The notes beneath the pieces were generated by a model that saw only the letters and a list, made by a program, of their open reading frames with translations, was not told where the DNA came from and searched no databases. From Ginglymostoma cirratum (taxonomy: Eukaryota), in contig JAHRHZ010000062.1 in NCBI GenBank assembly GCA_024137785.1, positions 25,646,533-25,689,063 of the forward strand: a DNA stretch of 42,531 nucleotides, written 5' to 3'. Positions 21,318 through 32,408 of the stretch are shown here, in pieces; positions within the stretch are counted from its first letter, which is position 1, and each line of letters starts with the position of its first letter. A program made the position numbers and the translations under genes.

Positions 21318-21384
21318 ATATGGATACAATTCATGGCACCTCATGCTCCTCCAGACACCTCAAACTGTGTTCAGGTTCTAAAAC

Positions 21385-22020
21385 TATCAAATTCAGTATT
21401 GAGTCCGAAAGGCTGAAGGTTTTCCTAGCCGAAAATGAGGTGCTGTTCTTCCAGCTTGCGCTGCACCTCGCTGGAATGCTACAACAGAGCCCGAGACAGA
21501 ATTGTTGGCAAGGGAAAATGGTGACATGTTGAAGTGACGGGTAACTGAAAGCTTGGGGTAATTTTATCAGATGGAATGCAGATATTCTGCAAAGCAGTCA
21601 TCCAGCCTGCATTGCGTCTTCCCCGATACCTAGGTGGCACAGTGGTTCAGTGGTTAGCATGCTGTCTCACACTGTCAGGGGCCAAGGTTCAATTCCAGCC
21701 TCGGGCAACCATCTCTATGTTTACACATTCTCCCTGTGTCTGTGAGGGTTTCCTCTTACACTACAAAGCACGTGCAGGCTAATTGAATTAGCCACAGGAA
21801 ATACGGGTTATGGGATAGGGTGTGCGGCTAGGTCTGGGTGGGATTCTTTTCGGAAACTCAATGGGCTGAATGGCCTCTTTCTGCACTGTAGGGATTCTTT
21901 GTAGAGCAGACCACTTTATGAGTAGTAAATAATGTAAGGTAAATTGAATAAAGTGCAGGTAAATCACTGCTTCACCTGAAAGGTATGCCTGGAACCTTGG
22001 ATAGGCCAGAGGTAAGCAGG
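21385..22020 (-). mobile_element. Penelope-like element GIY-YIG endonuclease remnant, split by an HE1 SINE
   Basis: Minus-strand pieces translate to TFQVKQ.FTC...GLLY | ..G.T..RL.DCFAEYLHS ... QRKLEEQHLIF..LQPFGLNTEF, with frameshifts. Confidence 0.7.
21633..21899 (+). mobile_element. HE1-like V-SINE
   Basis: ggcacagtggttcagtggttagc ... ctgcactgtagggattc. Confidence 0.8.
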
Positions 22021-23524
22021 CAAGTGTGGAACCTTATATTGTTCTAGCTCTCATGAGTGATGTGAGCGATTATACAAAATGCACACTCTAGCCAGTATTC
22101 ATATGATTTGGCATTCGGGGAAATGCAAGATATGGCACGATTTAAATAATCAACCTGTTTAACTTATGCAAGGGTTGTAGATTTTAAAAATGTTCATTCT
22201 CAGGTTGTGTTTACCACTGACAAGTCCTTCATTTACTGCCAAATCCTTCTTGCATTGACATGGCCGTATTCACCACATCTTTAACTGACCCTGACACTGG
22301 CGGCAGCTGCTCTCTGCCCTTACTCACAACAATGGGACCACAGTGAGCAGTTCTATACAAGTTGATGGTTCCATGCAAGCTAATTAAGCTTAATGAAGAG
22401 CTAGTGTTCCATGGCACTTACAGCCTCTCTCAAACAGATACTCAGTTTTCGGTACTGTTGAAAAAGATTGTCTCTGAGGAAAATAGAAAAGACAGTCAGA
22501 TCTTGGGCACAAAATGTGAATTAGATGGGGTTTGACAAAAGTTAAAAGAATAATTGTTATCGGGGACTCTCCTATCAAGACCACAGACAAGAGATTCTTC
22601 AGCAGTCAGCACAAATCTAGGATAGTATGTTGCATTCCTGGTGCCAGGATTAAGGATGTCTCAGAATGTTTAAAGCTTATTGTTAAAGGAGAGAATGAGA
22701 AACCGGAAGTTATTGTATACGTTGGTAGGAAGGACATAGTTAGGGAAAAGATTAAGGCTTTACAGAGCAAATATAAGAGGTTAGGTAGAAGATTTAAAAA
22801 AAACCTCAAAAGTAGTAATCTCTGGTTTACTCCGGTGCCAAGCTTGAACGAGGGAAAGAATAAAAGGATAAAGGAGATAATTCAACAGCTGAAGAGATGG
22901 TGTAATGTTCAGGGATTCAGGTTCTTGCATCATCAGGATCTCTTCTGGGGCAGAAAACATCTGTTCAAAAGGGATGGGTTTCACCTCTACAGTAAACGGA
23001 CCAATATCCTAGCAGGGAGGTTTGGTAATTCAATTAAGGGAGACTAAACTATTAGAGAGGGGGAGTGGAGGGATCGTAGGTAGCAGACTAAATAGAAAGA
23101 TAGAGGAGGGCTGTTTTGAATCTGAAAAGAATAAGTTAATTAGACAAGACAGACAAGAGCAAGTCAGAGAATGAAGTAACTCTGCAGATTTAAACCGCAC
23201 TTATTTCAATGTAAGGGGTCATACAGGTAAGGCCGACAAACTCAGGGTATGTTTGGGAATATGGGATTGGGATATCAGAGGTATTGCAGAAACATGGCTG
23301 AGGAATGGACAGGTCTGGCACCTCAATCTTCTGGGTTTTAGATGCAACAGGAAGTATAGAAAGAGAGGCAAATGAGGATGGGAAGTGACAATTTTGATTA
23401 AGAAAAACATTAATGCTGTAACTAGAGAAGATATATCTGGAAAATCAACCTGTGAAAATATATGGGTTGAAATTAGAAATAAAAAAGGAATGACTGGGAT
23501 TGTACTACAGACCCATCAATAGTC

Positions 23525-23923
23525 CCCACCTCCCTAACCTGTTCTTCCTCTCACCTATCCCCTCCTCCCACCTCAAGCCGCACCCCCATCTCCTATCTAC
23601 TAACCTCATCCCGCCCCCTTGACCTGTCCGACCTCCCTGGACTGACCTATCTCCTCCCTACCTCCCCACCTACACTCACCTTTACTGGCTCCATCCCCGC
23701 CTCTTTGACTTGTCTGTCTCCTCTCCACCTATCCTCTCCTCTATCCATCTTCTATCCGCCTCACCCCTCTCCCTATTTATTTCGGAACCCTCTTCCCCTC
23801 CCCCATTTCTGATGAAGGGTCGAGGCCCGAAACGTCAAGCTTTCCTGCTCGGCCTGCTGTGTTCATCCAGCTCCACACCTCATTATCTCGGATTCTCCAG
23901 CATCTGCAGTACCTATTATCTCT
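23525..23923 (+). mobile_element. PLE 3'-terminal fragment (family B) inserted in the CR1 APE, with an intact minimal hammerhead motif
   Basis: TSD AATAGTC at 23518-23524 and 23924-23930. Pyrimidine-rich tract, then CTGATGAAGGGTCGAGGCCCGAAACGTC. Confidence 0.8.
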
Positions 23924-24611
23924 AATAGTCACAGGGAAACTGAGGAACAAATATGCAGAGTGATCTCAGATACATGTAAGAATAATAAGGTTGTGATAGT
24001 GGGTGATTTTAATTTTCCAAACATTGACTGGGACTGGCATAGTATGAAAAGTTTGGATCGTGAAAAATTCCTTAAATGTATTCAAGAAAAGTTTCTTTAT
24101 CAATATGTAAATGTTCCTACTAGAGAAGGAGCAAAACTTGATCTTCTCTTGGGTAGTAAAGACAGGGCAAGTGACTGAAATGATAGTAGGAGAACAATTT
24201 GAGTCTGGTGATCATTCTATTGGTTCTAAAATAGCTATGGAAAAAGATAAGACATCCATGAAAATTAAAGATTTCGACTGGAGTAAGGCAAATTTTAAAT
24301 GGTGTGAGACAAGAACGTTCAAAAATTGACTGGAGTAGACTGTTTGCAAATAAAGGGATGTCTGATCTGATTAGTGGAAGGCTTTCAAAAGTATGATAAC
24401 GAGAGTTCAGAGTCATTTTGTTCCTGTTAGAGTGAAAGGCAAGGTTGGTACGATTAAAGAACAATGGACAAATAAAGATATTGAGGTTCTAGTCAAGAGT
24501 AAAAAAGAATCGTATATTAGATATAGATAACTGGGTTAAAACTAATCTCCTTGAACAGTATGCAGCATGTAGAGGCATTCTTAAGAGAGAGATCAGGAAA
24601 GCAAAGAGAGG

Positions 24612-25505
24612 ATAGAAACATAGAAGATAGGAGCAGGAGGAGACCATTCGGCCCTTCAAGCCTGTTCCACCATTCTTCCTGATTATGGCTGATCCTCCAA
24701 CTCAACAGCCTAATCCTGCTTTTTCCTCATAACCTTTGATCTTATTCACCCTGAGTACTATATCTAGCTGCCTCTTGAATACACTGAATGTTCTGGCATC
24801 AACTACTTCCTGTGGTAATGATTTCCACAGGCTCACCACTCTTTGGGTGAAGAAATGTCTTCTCATCTCCGTCTTAAATGGTCCACGCCAAATCCTCAGA
24901 CTGTGACCCCTGATTCTAGACACGCTCACCATTGGGAATATCCTCCCTGTATCTACCTTGCATATTCCTGTTAGAATTTTACAAGTCACAATGAGATCCC
25001 ACCCCCATTCGTCTGAACTCCAACGAAAACAATCCTAACCTCGTCAAAGTCTCCTCAGTCCCACATCCCTGCAATCGGCCTGGTAAACTTTTGCTGCATT
25101 CCCTTGAGGGCAAGAAAAGGAGACTAAAATTGCACACAATATTCTAGGTATGGCCTCACCAAGGCCCTGTATAACTGCAACAAAACATCCCTGCTCCTGT
25201 ACTCAAAACTTCTCGCAATGAAGGCCAACATACCAACATGCCTTCTTTACCACCTGCTGCACCTGCATGCTTACCTTCAGTGACTGGTGCACAAGGATGC
25301 CCAGGTCCTGCTACACACTCCCTTCTCCAAATTTACAGCCATTCAGGTAGTATCTGCCGCCTTGTTTTTGCTTCCAAAGTGAATAATCTCACATTTATCC
25401 AAATTATACTGCATCTACCTTTGATATGCCCACTCACCCAACACATCCAGATCATGCTGAAGGATCTCTGCCAAAGTTCACCTTCCCATCGAACTTGTTT
25501 TCAAA
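24612..25505 (-). mobile_element. Inverted CR1 3' fragment nested in the larger CR1
   Basis: ORF 24702-24989 (RGHSLRIWRGPFKTEMRRHFFTQRVVSLWKSLP). The host reading resumes at about 25506. Confidence 0.85.
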
Positions 25506-26105
25506 CATATGAGATATCCTTTGCAAATAAGGCTAAGAATAATCCAAAGTGATTCTACAAGCACATTAGGAGCAAGAGAGCAATGACAGAGAAGGTGGGC
25601 CCCTTAAAGATCAAAGAGGTCATCTTTGTGTTGAACCTCAGGAGATGGGAAAGATATTATATGAATATTTTGTGTCAGTTTTTACTTCAGAGAAACAAAT
25701 GGAGGCTAGAGAACTCAGGGAAATAAATATTGATGTTCTGAAAACAGTTCACATTACAGAAGAGGAAGTGCTGGAAGTCTTAGAAAATATAAAAATAGAT
25801 AAATCCCCTGGATCTGATCTAGTGTATCCCAGGACATTGTGGGAAGTTAGAGAGAAAATTGCGAGGCCCCTTGCAGACACATTTGTACCATCTATAAATA
25901 CGGGTGAGGTGCTGGATGACTGGCGAGTGCTAATGGTGTGCCTTAGTTTATGAAGGAATCAAGGAAAAGCCTGAGAGCTATAGGCCTGTGAATCTGACCT
26001 TGGTAGCAGGTAAGTTGTTGGATTTGATTCTGAAAGATAGGATTTATGTATATTTAGAGAGGCAAGTCATGATTAGGGATGGTCAGCATGGTTTTGCGAG
26101 GGAAA

Positions 26106-26447
26106 TCATAGAATTCCTACAGTGTGGAAACAGGCCATTCAGCCCAACAAGTCTACACCGTTCCGCCAAAGAGTGTCCCACACAGGCCTATTCCCCCACC
26201 CCTGCATTTCCCATGTCTGACCCACCTAATCTACACATCCCTGAACACTATGGGTAATTTAGCACGGCCAATCTAGCTAACCTGCACATCTTTGGACTGT
26301 GGGAGGAAACCGGAGCACCTGGAGGAAATCCATGCAGATGTAGGGAGAATGTGCAATCTCCACACAGACAGTCACCCAAGGTGGAGTAAAACCCGTGTTC
26401 CTGGTGATGTAAGGCAGCAGTGCTAACCACTGAGCCACTGTGCTACC
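26106..26447 (-). mobile_element. HE1-like V-SINE nested in the CR1 RT
   Basis: Antisense copy that splits the host GKS|CLTNLI motif, with CAT on both flanks. Confidence 0.88.
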
Positions 26448-27641
26448 CTACATGTCTCACAAACTTGATTAAGTTTTTTGAGGAAGTAACCAAGAAGATT
26501 GAAGATGGCAGAGCAGCAGACATTGTTTATTTGGACTTTAGTGAAGTCTTTGACAAGGTTTTGCTTAGTAGACTAATTAGTAAAGTTAGATCACGTGGGA
26601 TTCGGGGTGAGCTTGCCGATTGAATATGAAATTAGCTCAATGGCATGGTGGAGGGTTGTTTTTTGGATTGAAATCCTGCGATCAGCACTGGGTCCATTGT
26701 TGTATGTCATTTAGAAGGCATGGTTAGTAAGTTTGGGGGGTGACACCAAGATTGGTGGTATAGTGGATGGTCAATAAGGTTATCTAAGATTACAAAGAGA
26801 TTTTGATCAATTGGGTCAATGGGCTGAACAGTGACAGATGGAGTTTAATTTGGAAAAATGTAATGAATTGCATTTTGGTAAAACAAACAAAGGGAAGACT
26901 TAACAAAGTAGGGCCTTGGGTAGTGTGACAGAACACAAATCTATGAGTTCAGGTGGATAATTCTTGGAAGTTTGCATCACGTATAGATAGGGTGGTTAAG
27001 AAGGCATTTAGCATGCTTGCCTTCATTGCTCAGACCTTTGAGTATAGGAGTCGGGATGCTATGTTGAGATTATACAGGGTGTTGGTGATGCCTCTTCTGG
27101 AGTACTGTGTTCAGGTTTGGTCACCCTATTATAGGAAGGATATTATTAAGCTGGAGAAGGTTCAGAAGAAATTTACCATGACGTTGCTGGGAATGGAGGG
27201 TTTGAGTTATGGGGAGAGGCTAGATTGGCTGGGACTTTTTTCACTGGAGCATATGAAATTGAGGGGTGACCTTACGGAGGTTTATAAAATCATAGGATTA
27301 TAAATTAGGTGAGTAGCAGGTGACTTTTCTCTATAGTAGGGTATTTCAAGCCCAAGGGCTTTTTTAGGGTGAGAAGAGAAACATTTAAAAAAAGACAGGA
27401 GGGGCAATTTATTTACACAGAGTAGTTAGTGTGTGGAATGTACTTTCAGACGAAGTTGTGGATGCTGGTACAGTTACAGCATTTAGGTAAGTATATAAAT
27501 AAGAAACGTTTGTGGGAATTGGGCCAAGTGCAGGCAGGTGTGACTAGTTTAGTTTGGGATTGTGGTAGGCATGGACTGATTAAAGAGAACGGTCCGTGCC
27601 GTATGACTCTACGTTGATTAAAACAAATCTACTTCTGTTTC

Positions 27642-27885
27642 ATAAACAGAACTGCGGATGCTGTAAATCAGAACCAGAAGCTGCTGCAATAACTCAGTAG
27701 GTCTGGCAGCATCTGTGAAGGTAAAAACCGGAGTTAGCATTTCGGGTCCGGTGACCTTTCATATTGAAATTGGCTCAATGGCACTGTGGAGGGACACCGG
27801 AGCCGAAACATTGCCTCTTCACCTTTTTCTTCACAAATGCTGCCAGACTGGCTGAGCTTTTCGAGCAACTCCCGTTTTTGTTCCT
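27642..27885. mobile_element. Palindromic PLE-derived element, family A
   Basis: agaactgcggatgctgtaaatcag head, then ggtctggcagcatctgtgaag / cttcacaaatgctgccagac arms. Confidence 0.7.
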
Positions 27886-28270
27886 TCCCTTTTTGTTTGT
27901 ATTAGATTTACATTGAGGCTAAAGAACTCAGGAATTACAGATTTAAAACAAAGGACACGCACATTTTGTTTGAACAAGAAAAGTAATGGCTTCCCACTTG
28001 GGCAATGGGTGTGGCAATATTCCTAGCGCTAGAAATTACTTTAATAGAAACCATAAGACACTCTCACGTGTATTTTCAGCAATAATTTACTGGCATTAAC
28101 TACAATACACAAAAACAAAGATTCTAAAATTGTTTAAAAGATAACAGTTAATGGGTTTGATAGAAACATATGATAAATGTTAGGACACCATTTTGAGAAT
28201 ATATTTTAAAGAGATGCTTTCCATTGTCATTTCTAGTGGAAGAGCATTCAGCACTTGGACCGTTCCTTAC

Positions 28271-28343
28271 CTGCGACACGGGCAAACCACAACGCGAACA
28301 CAGCGTACAACAGGAGAGCCTCAGCAGAAGCCTTAACTCTCAT
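28271..28343 (-). CDS. NCR3LG1: Exon 1 (signal peptide) of B7-H6/NCR3LG1-like gene: MRVKASAEALLLYAVFALWFARVA
   Basis: ATG at 28343, then a basic N-region, hydrophobic core and a small residue at the end. Ends in a consensus phase-1 donor GCAG|GTAAGG at 28271 that splices in frame to the V exon. Lies in a CpG-enriched stretch. In-frame upstream ATGs at 28370, 28382 and 28439 make the exact start uncertain. Confidence 0.82.
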
Positions 28344-28403
28344 TTGGAGATACCTTCTCTCCAGTAACATTCGCACGGCCATTTCGCAGAAGAAGAAAAA
28401 TAA

Positions 28404-28420
28404 TTTCACTTTCGATTTCC
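28404..28420 (-). promoter_or_regulatory. ISRE/IRF-E-like element GGAAATCGAAAGTGAAA
   Basis: Three GAAA units at 6-7 nt spacing, including GAAAGTGAAA, about 60 nt upstream of the likely ATG. An E-box CACGTG lies next to it at 28428-28433. Confidence 0.55.
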
Positions 28421-28651
28421 ACCTTCTCACGTGGTACATCGCTCCAACAAAGCTACTGCGTCTCAGTGTTGGTGGCTAAAGCACGGACGTTTAGCACGGC
28501 AAGCTCCACTGCTGTAACGATTTGTAACACGCCAACCGTAACACATCCTCGACGAATATGTGTATTGTTTTAAGTTTATTTAGTTCGATAGAGATGTTTC
28601 AGAAACTGACTTTGCGATCTTAGTTGAGGGATACGCCCAGCAAATAGGACA

Positions 28652-28676
28652 GGGTCAATGAACTTTCATGAGGTCA
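28652..28676. promoter_or_regulatory. Composite nuclear-receptor element (IR1 + ER6)
   Basis: GGGTCA-a-TGAACT-ttcatg-AGGTCA: three RGKTCA half-sites about 310 bp upstream of the ATG. Confidence 0.35.
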
Positions 28677-29463
28677 GAGTTACAAATAATCTGTATGATG
28701 CAACGGTGTATTGCCATTTCAGCTATTTACAACATTGAAATCAATCGTGTTTTCTGCCTTGATAATCAAGTGTACGTTTCTACATACGCCTTTAAGGGAA
28801 AGGGGTCGTTTTACAACTCTCAGAACCAGAGTCCTTGGCGATCAAAATTTCTGGTCAGGAAATCCTTGTTGTGCTATTGTAGTCATGGGAGGGATTTCCT
28901 GTGAAGAAGCTGCTTGTAAATAAAGTAAAGAAAGGCTGAGAAGATGGTAACCTTGTGAAATGAGACGGAAGTAAAGACTGCAACAGCAGAGGATTCAATT
29001 TACCCAGAAAAGTATTTAAGACACGCAGAAAAGACCAATACCCTGAGGTGATACTGCACGAAGAGCCCACCACCCGTTTTCTATCTTGGTGGCCCACATG
29101 GAGCAATTTTCTTTGGCAAGATCCACCAATTATCTTCTGGATCAAGGAATGGGAAGCATGGGTTCCTTTCACCAAACGTCATGTGTCAAGTGGCAGATTT
29201 TCAATTAAGGTGGGGGTAGTCCGCTCTAAGCTGTTTCAGGACATGTCAGGCCCTCTGTGCAACCAAGCTCCACTGCTGGATCCCCAGTACAAATGCCTTC
29301 TGCATTTGTGGAGAGGCACTAACAACCCTACACCTTATTGAGAGTGTCGCCTCTGCAGACTACATGGGGGAACTGAACACCTTAAACTCAACAATTGAAG
29401 AAGCTATTCTTGGCTCTGGGGATTCGTTAAATTCATTAAAAAATTACTGTAATACAATGCACA

Positions 29464-29812
29464 GGGAGGCAATAATTTAGTGGTATTAGTGTTAGACTGT
29501 TAATTCCAGGTTTGGAATTTGAGTTTAATAAAAATCTGGAATTAAGAATCTAATGACGACCATAAAACCACTGTTGGCTGTCAGAAGAACACAACTACTT
29601 CATTAATGTTGTCGAGGAAAAGAAATCTGTGTCCCTACTTGGTCAGGATGACATAATACTCCAGACCACAGCAATGTGGTTGACTTTTAACCACCCTCTG
29701 GAATGGCCTAGCAAGCTACTCAGTTGTAAAAATTACCACAAAATTTCAAAAAAGAAATGAAACTGGGCAGACCCAGGCACCATAAACAACAACAACAGCT
29801 CTGTTTACCCTG
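29464..29812 (+). mobile_element. 5' head of the SINE-headed LINE family
   Basis: Matches 10100-10475, including the sequence beyond ctcagttgta. Confidence 0.6.
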
Positions 29813-30219
29813 GAGCAGCTTGGTGGACTTTCAGCCTTGGAGCTGGGATAGTAACCTAGAGTAGTACATTGTCCAGGAAGAGGAGACCACCACTCAAACT
29901 TGGTTGGCCTTTTGCCTGCAGTAGGAAGACAAGCATTTGATTGTTGACAGGCTCCTGGGAAAGCTGGACTTCAGGGTCCAGAAGAGTTGGGGGGTGGGTG
30001 GGGAAGCGGGGAGGAAGGGGTGATCAAATGTTCCAGGTAGCTGACCTCAACTACTGACTATGTAGTCTGGTATTTCCCTTGTCTCCAGTTTAGCTCCTTC
30101 AGGGAAAAAGGGGTGTACCTTCCATCTCTCAATCCTTCAGAATCTTGCCACTGATCACCACAAAGGAACCATAAAGTAAGTATCCCAAATGCTTCCTTAA
30201 CCACTTTATCTACCCATCT

Positions 30220-30422
30220 AAAAACCAAAAGAACTGCGGATGCTGTAAATCAGGAATTAAAATAAAGTTGCTGGAAAAGCTCAGCAGGTCTGGCAGCATC
30301 TGTGAAGGAGAAAACGGTGTTAATGTTTTAGGTCCAGTGACCCTTCCTCAGAAGGTTAACTCTGTTTTCTCCTTCACAGATGCTGCCAGACCTGCTGAGC
30401 TTTCCCAGCAACTTTGTTTTTG
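30220..30422. mobile_element. Palindromic PLE-derived element, family A, with TSD
   Basis: Flanked by ttatc(t/g)acccatct at 30206-30219 and 30423-30436. Confidence 0.8.
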
Positions 30423-30436
30423 TTATCGACCCATCT

Positions 30437-31495
30437 GTTACCTTAAGGGATTGATGTACATGCACAGCAAGGTCCTACTGATCCTCCATGTTTCCCAGAC
30501 TCCTGTTGTTTGTCACGTATTCCCTTGCTTTGTTTATCCTGCCCAAGTGCATCACTTCACATTTATCTGGATTGAATTCCGTTTGTCACTGATCAGCCCA
30601 TCTGACCAGCCTGTCTAGATCCTCCTGCAGTCGAAGGCTATCCTCCTTACTATTTATCACCTGACCAGTTTTTGCATCATCTGCGAACTAACTGATCAAC
30701 CCTCCCATATTCGAGTCTAAATTGTTTGTACATACTATATACAGCAAGTGCCCCAACACTGTTCCCTGCAGAACCCAACTGGACATAGGCTTCCAATCAC
30801 AAAAACACCCTTCACCATCATCTTTGCTTCCTGCCACTCAGCCAACTCTGGATCCAATTTGCCAAATTTCCTTGGATCCCATGGGCTGTTACCTTCACTA
30901 TCAATCTCCCATGTGAAACCTTATCAAAAGCCTTGCTGAAGCCCAATTACACTATGTCAAATGCATTACCCTCAACTACATACTTGGTCACCTCTTCGAA
31001 AATTGATTCAAGTTGGTCAGCCATGATCACTCCTTAGCAGAACCAGGTTCTTGATTAATCTCTATCTCTCCAAGGGCAGATTAATACTGCTCCTCAGAAT
31101 TGCTTCCAGTAGGTTCTTTGCCACAGAGATGAGACTGACTGGCATGCAGATTCCTGGCTTATTCCCTGGTATCTTGAATAATGGTATCCAACTGGCAGTC
31201 CTCCAGTCCTCTGGCATCTCTTCTGGGGCCAGAAAGAAAGTGAAAATTATTGCCAGCACCCCTGCTATTTCCTCCTTTGCCTCACCCAACAGCCTGGGAT
31301 ACATTTCATCCAGCCCTGGAGATCTATCTACTTTTAAGACTGCCAGACACTCAGAATCACCTTTCTAGCTATGCTACTTTCTTTAAGTATATCACAGTTC
31401 TTCTCCCTGATTTCTAAACTGACATTGTTCCTCTCATCGTGAACACCGACACAAATTTAGAACCTTATATATGTCTAACATCTCTATGTACAAAT
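30437..31495 (-). mobile_element. CR1 RT fragment (continues, degenerate, to about 32870)
   Basis: ORF 31062-31304 (YPRLLGEAKEEIAGVL...PEDWRTA..IPLFK...PVSLISVAKNLLE). Confidence 0.85.
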
Positions 31496-31502
31496 TCGGC
31501 AG

Positions 31503-32077
31503 TGGGAGGCAACGGCCTAGTGGTATTATCACTTGACTGTTAATCCAAAGATCCAGATAATGTTCTGGGGACTCACTTTTGAATCCTGCCACAGCAGATG
31601 GTGGAATTTGAATTCAATAAATATCTGGAATTAAGAGTCTAATGACTATGAATCCATTGTCGATTGCTGGAAAAACCCATCTGGTTCACTAATGCCCTTT
31701 AGGGAAGAAAACTGCCATCCTTACCTGGTCTGGCATACATCTACATGTGACTCCAGACCCACAGCAATGCGGTTGATTCTTAACTGCCCTCTGGGCAATT
31801 AAGGATGGGCAATAATTGCTGCCTAGCCAGTGACACCCTCATCCTGAGAATGAATAACGAAAAAAAAATCTGGAGTTAAACTCTAATGATGACGATGAAA
31901 CCATTGGCAAAAAACCCATCTTGTTCACTAATGCCCTTTAGGGAAATACATTGCTATCCTTACCTGTGACTCCAGACCCACAGCAATGGGTTGACTCTTA
32001 ACTGCCCTTTGGGCAATTAGGGATGAGTAATAAATGCTGCCTATCTAGCAATGCCCTCATCCTATGAATGAATAAAA
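31503..32077 (+). mobile_element. tRNA-derived SINE (31503-31868) plus a tandem 5'-truncated copy (31869-32077)
   Basis: ggcctagtgg A-box, body gtgactccagacccacagcaatg, tail gggcaataa...gaatgaataa present twice. Confidence 0.75.
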
Positions 32078-32254
32078 CATCACCATTGTTGTCCTTAATA
32101 GGTTTCCTAGGTACCCCTTTATTCTTTATGTACTGTAAAATAACTTACAATTTTCCTGTATTTTACCTTCCATTATTCTTTCACGTCCCCTTTTTGCTCT
32201 CCTAATTTACTTTTAATGGTTCTCCTTGCACATTCTGCACTGCTTGAGGGTTTC

Positions 32255-32408
32255 GGAAAAAAAAAACCAAAAGAACTGCGGATGCTGTAAATCAGGATCC
32301 TCAGAAGGTTCCGAGGAAGGGTCACCGGACCCGGAACGTCAACTCTGTTTTCTCCTCCACAGATGCTGCCAGACCTGCTGAGCTTTACCAGCAACTTTGT
32401 TTTTGTTC
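32255..32408. mobile_element. PLE-derived element, family A, with 12-bp TSD
   Basis: CTTGAGGGTTTC at 32243-32254 and 32409-32420. Confidence 0.8.

Larger units (their letters stand above)
22390..27612 (+). mobile_element. Near-full-length decayed CR1 LINE (ORF1 SGNH-esterase, ORF2 APE + RT) with three nested insertions
   Basis: ORF1 22532-23047 (IVIGDS, VCCIPGARIKDV, DGFHL). APE motifs IAETWL and VIVGDFNFPNIDW. RT motifs DKSPGSDLVYPR, DIVYLDFSEVFDKV, LEYCVQVWSP, LRGDLTEVYKI. CR1 tail ...gtatgactcta. Many stops and frameshifts. Confidence 0.9.

Noticed and set aside
22532-23047. 171-aa SGNH/GDSL esterase-like ORF as a host gene
   Set aside because: It is CR1 ORF1, directly upstream of APE/RT remnants and degenerate.
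159-26447. Antisense orientation bias of intronic HE1 SINEs (4 of 5)
   Set aside because: The sample is too small to mean anything.
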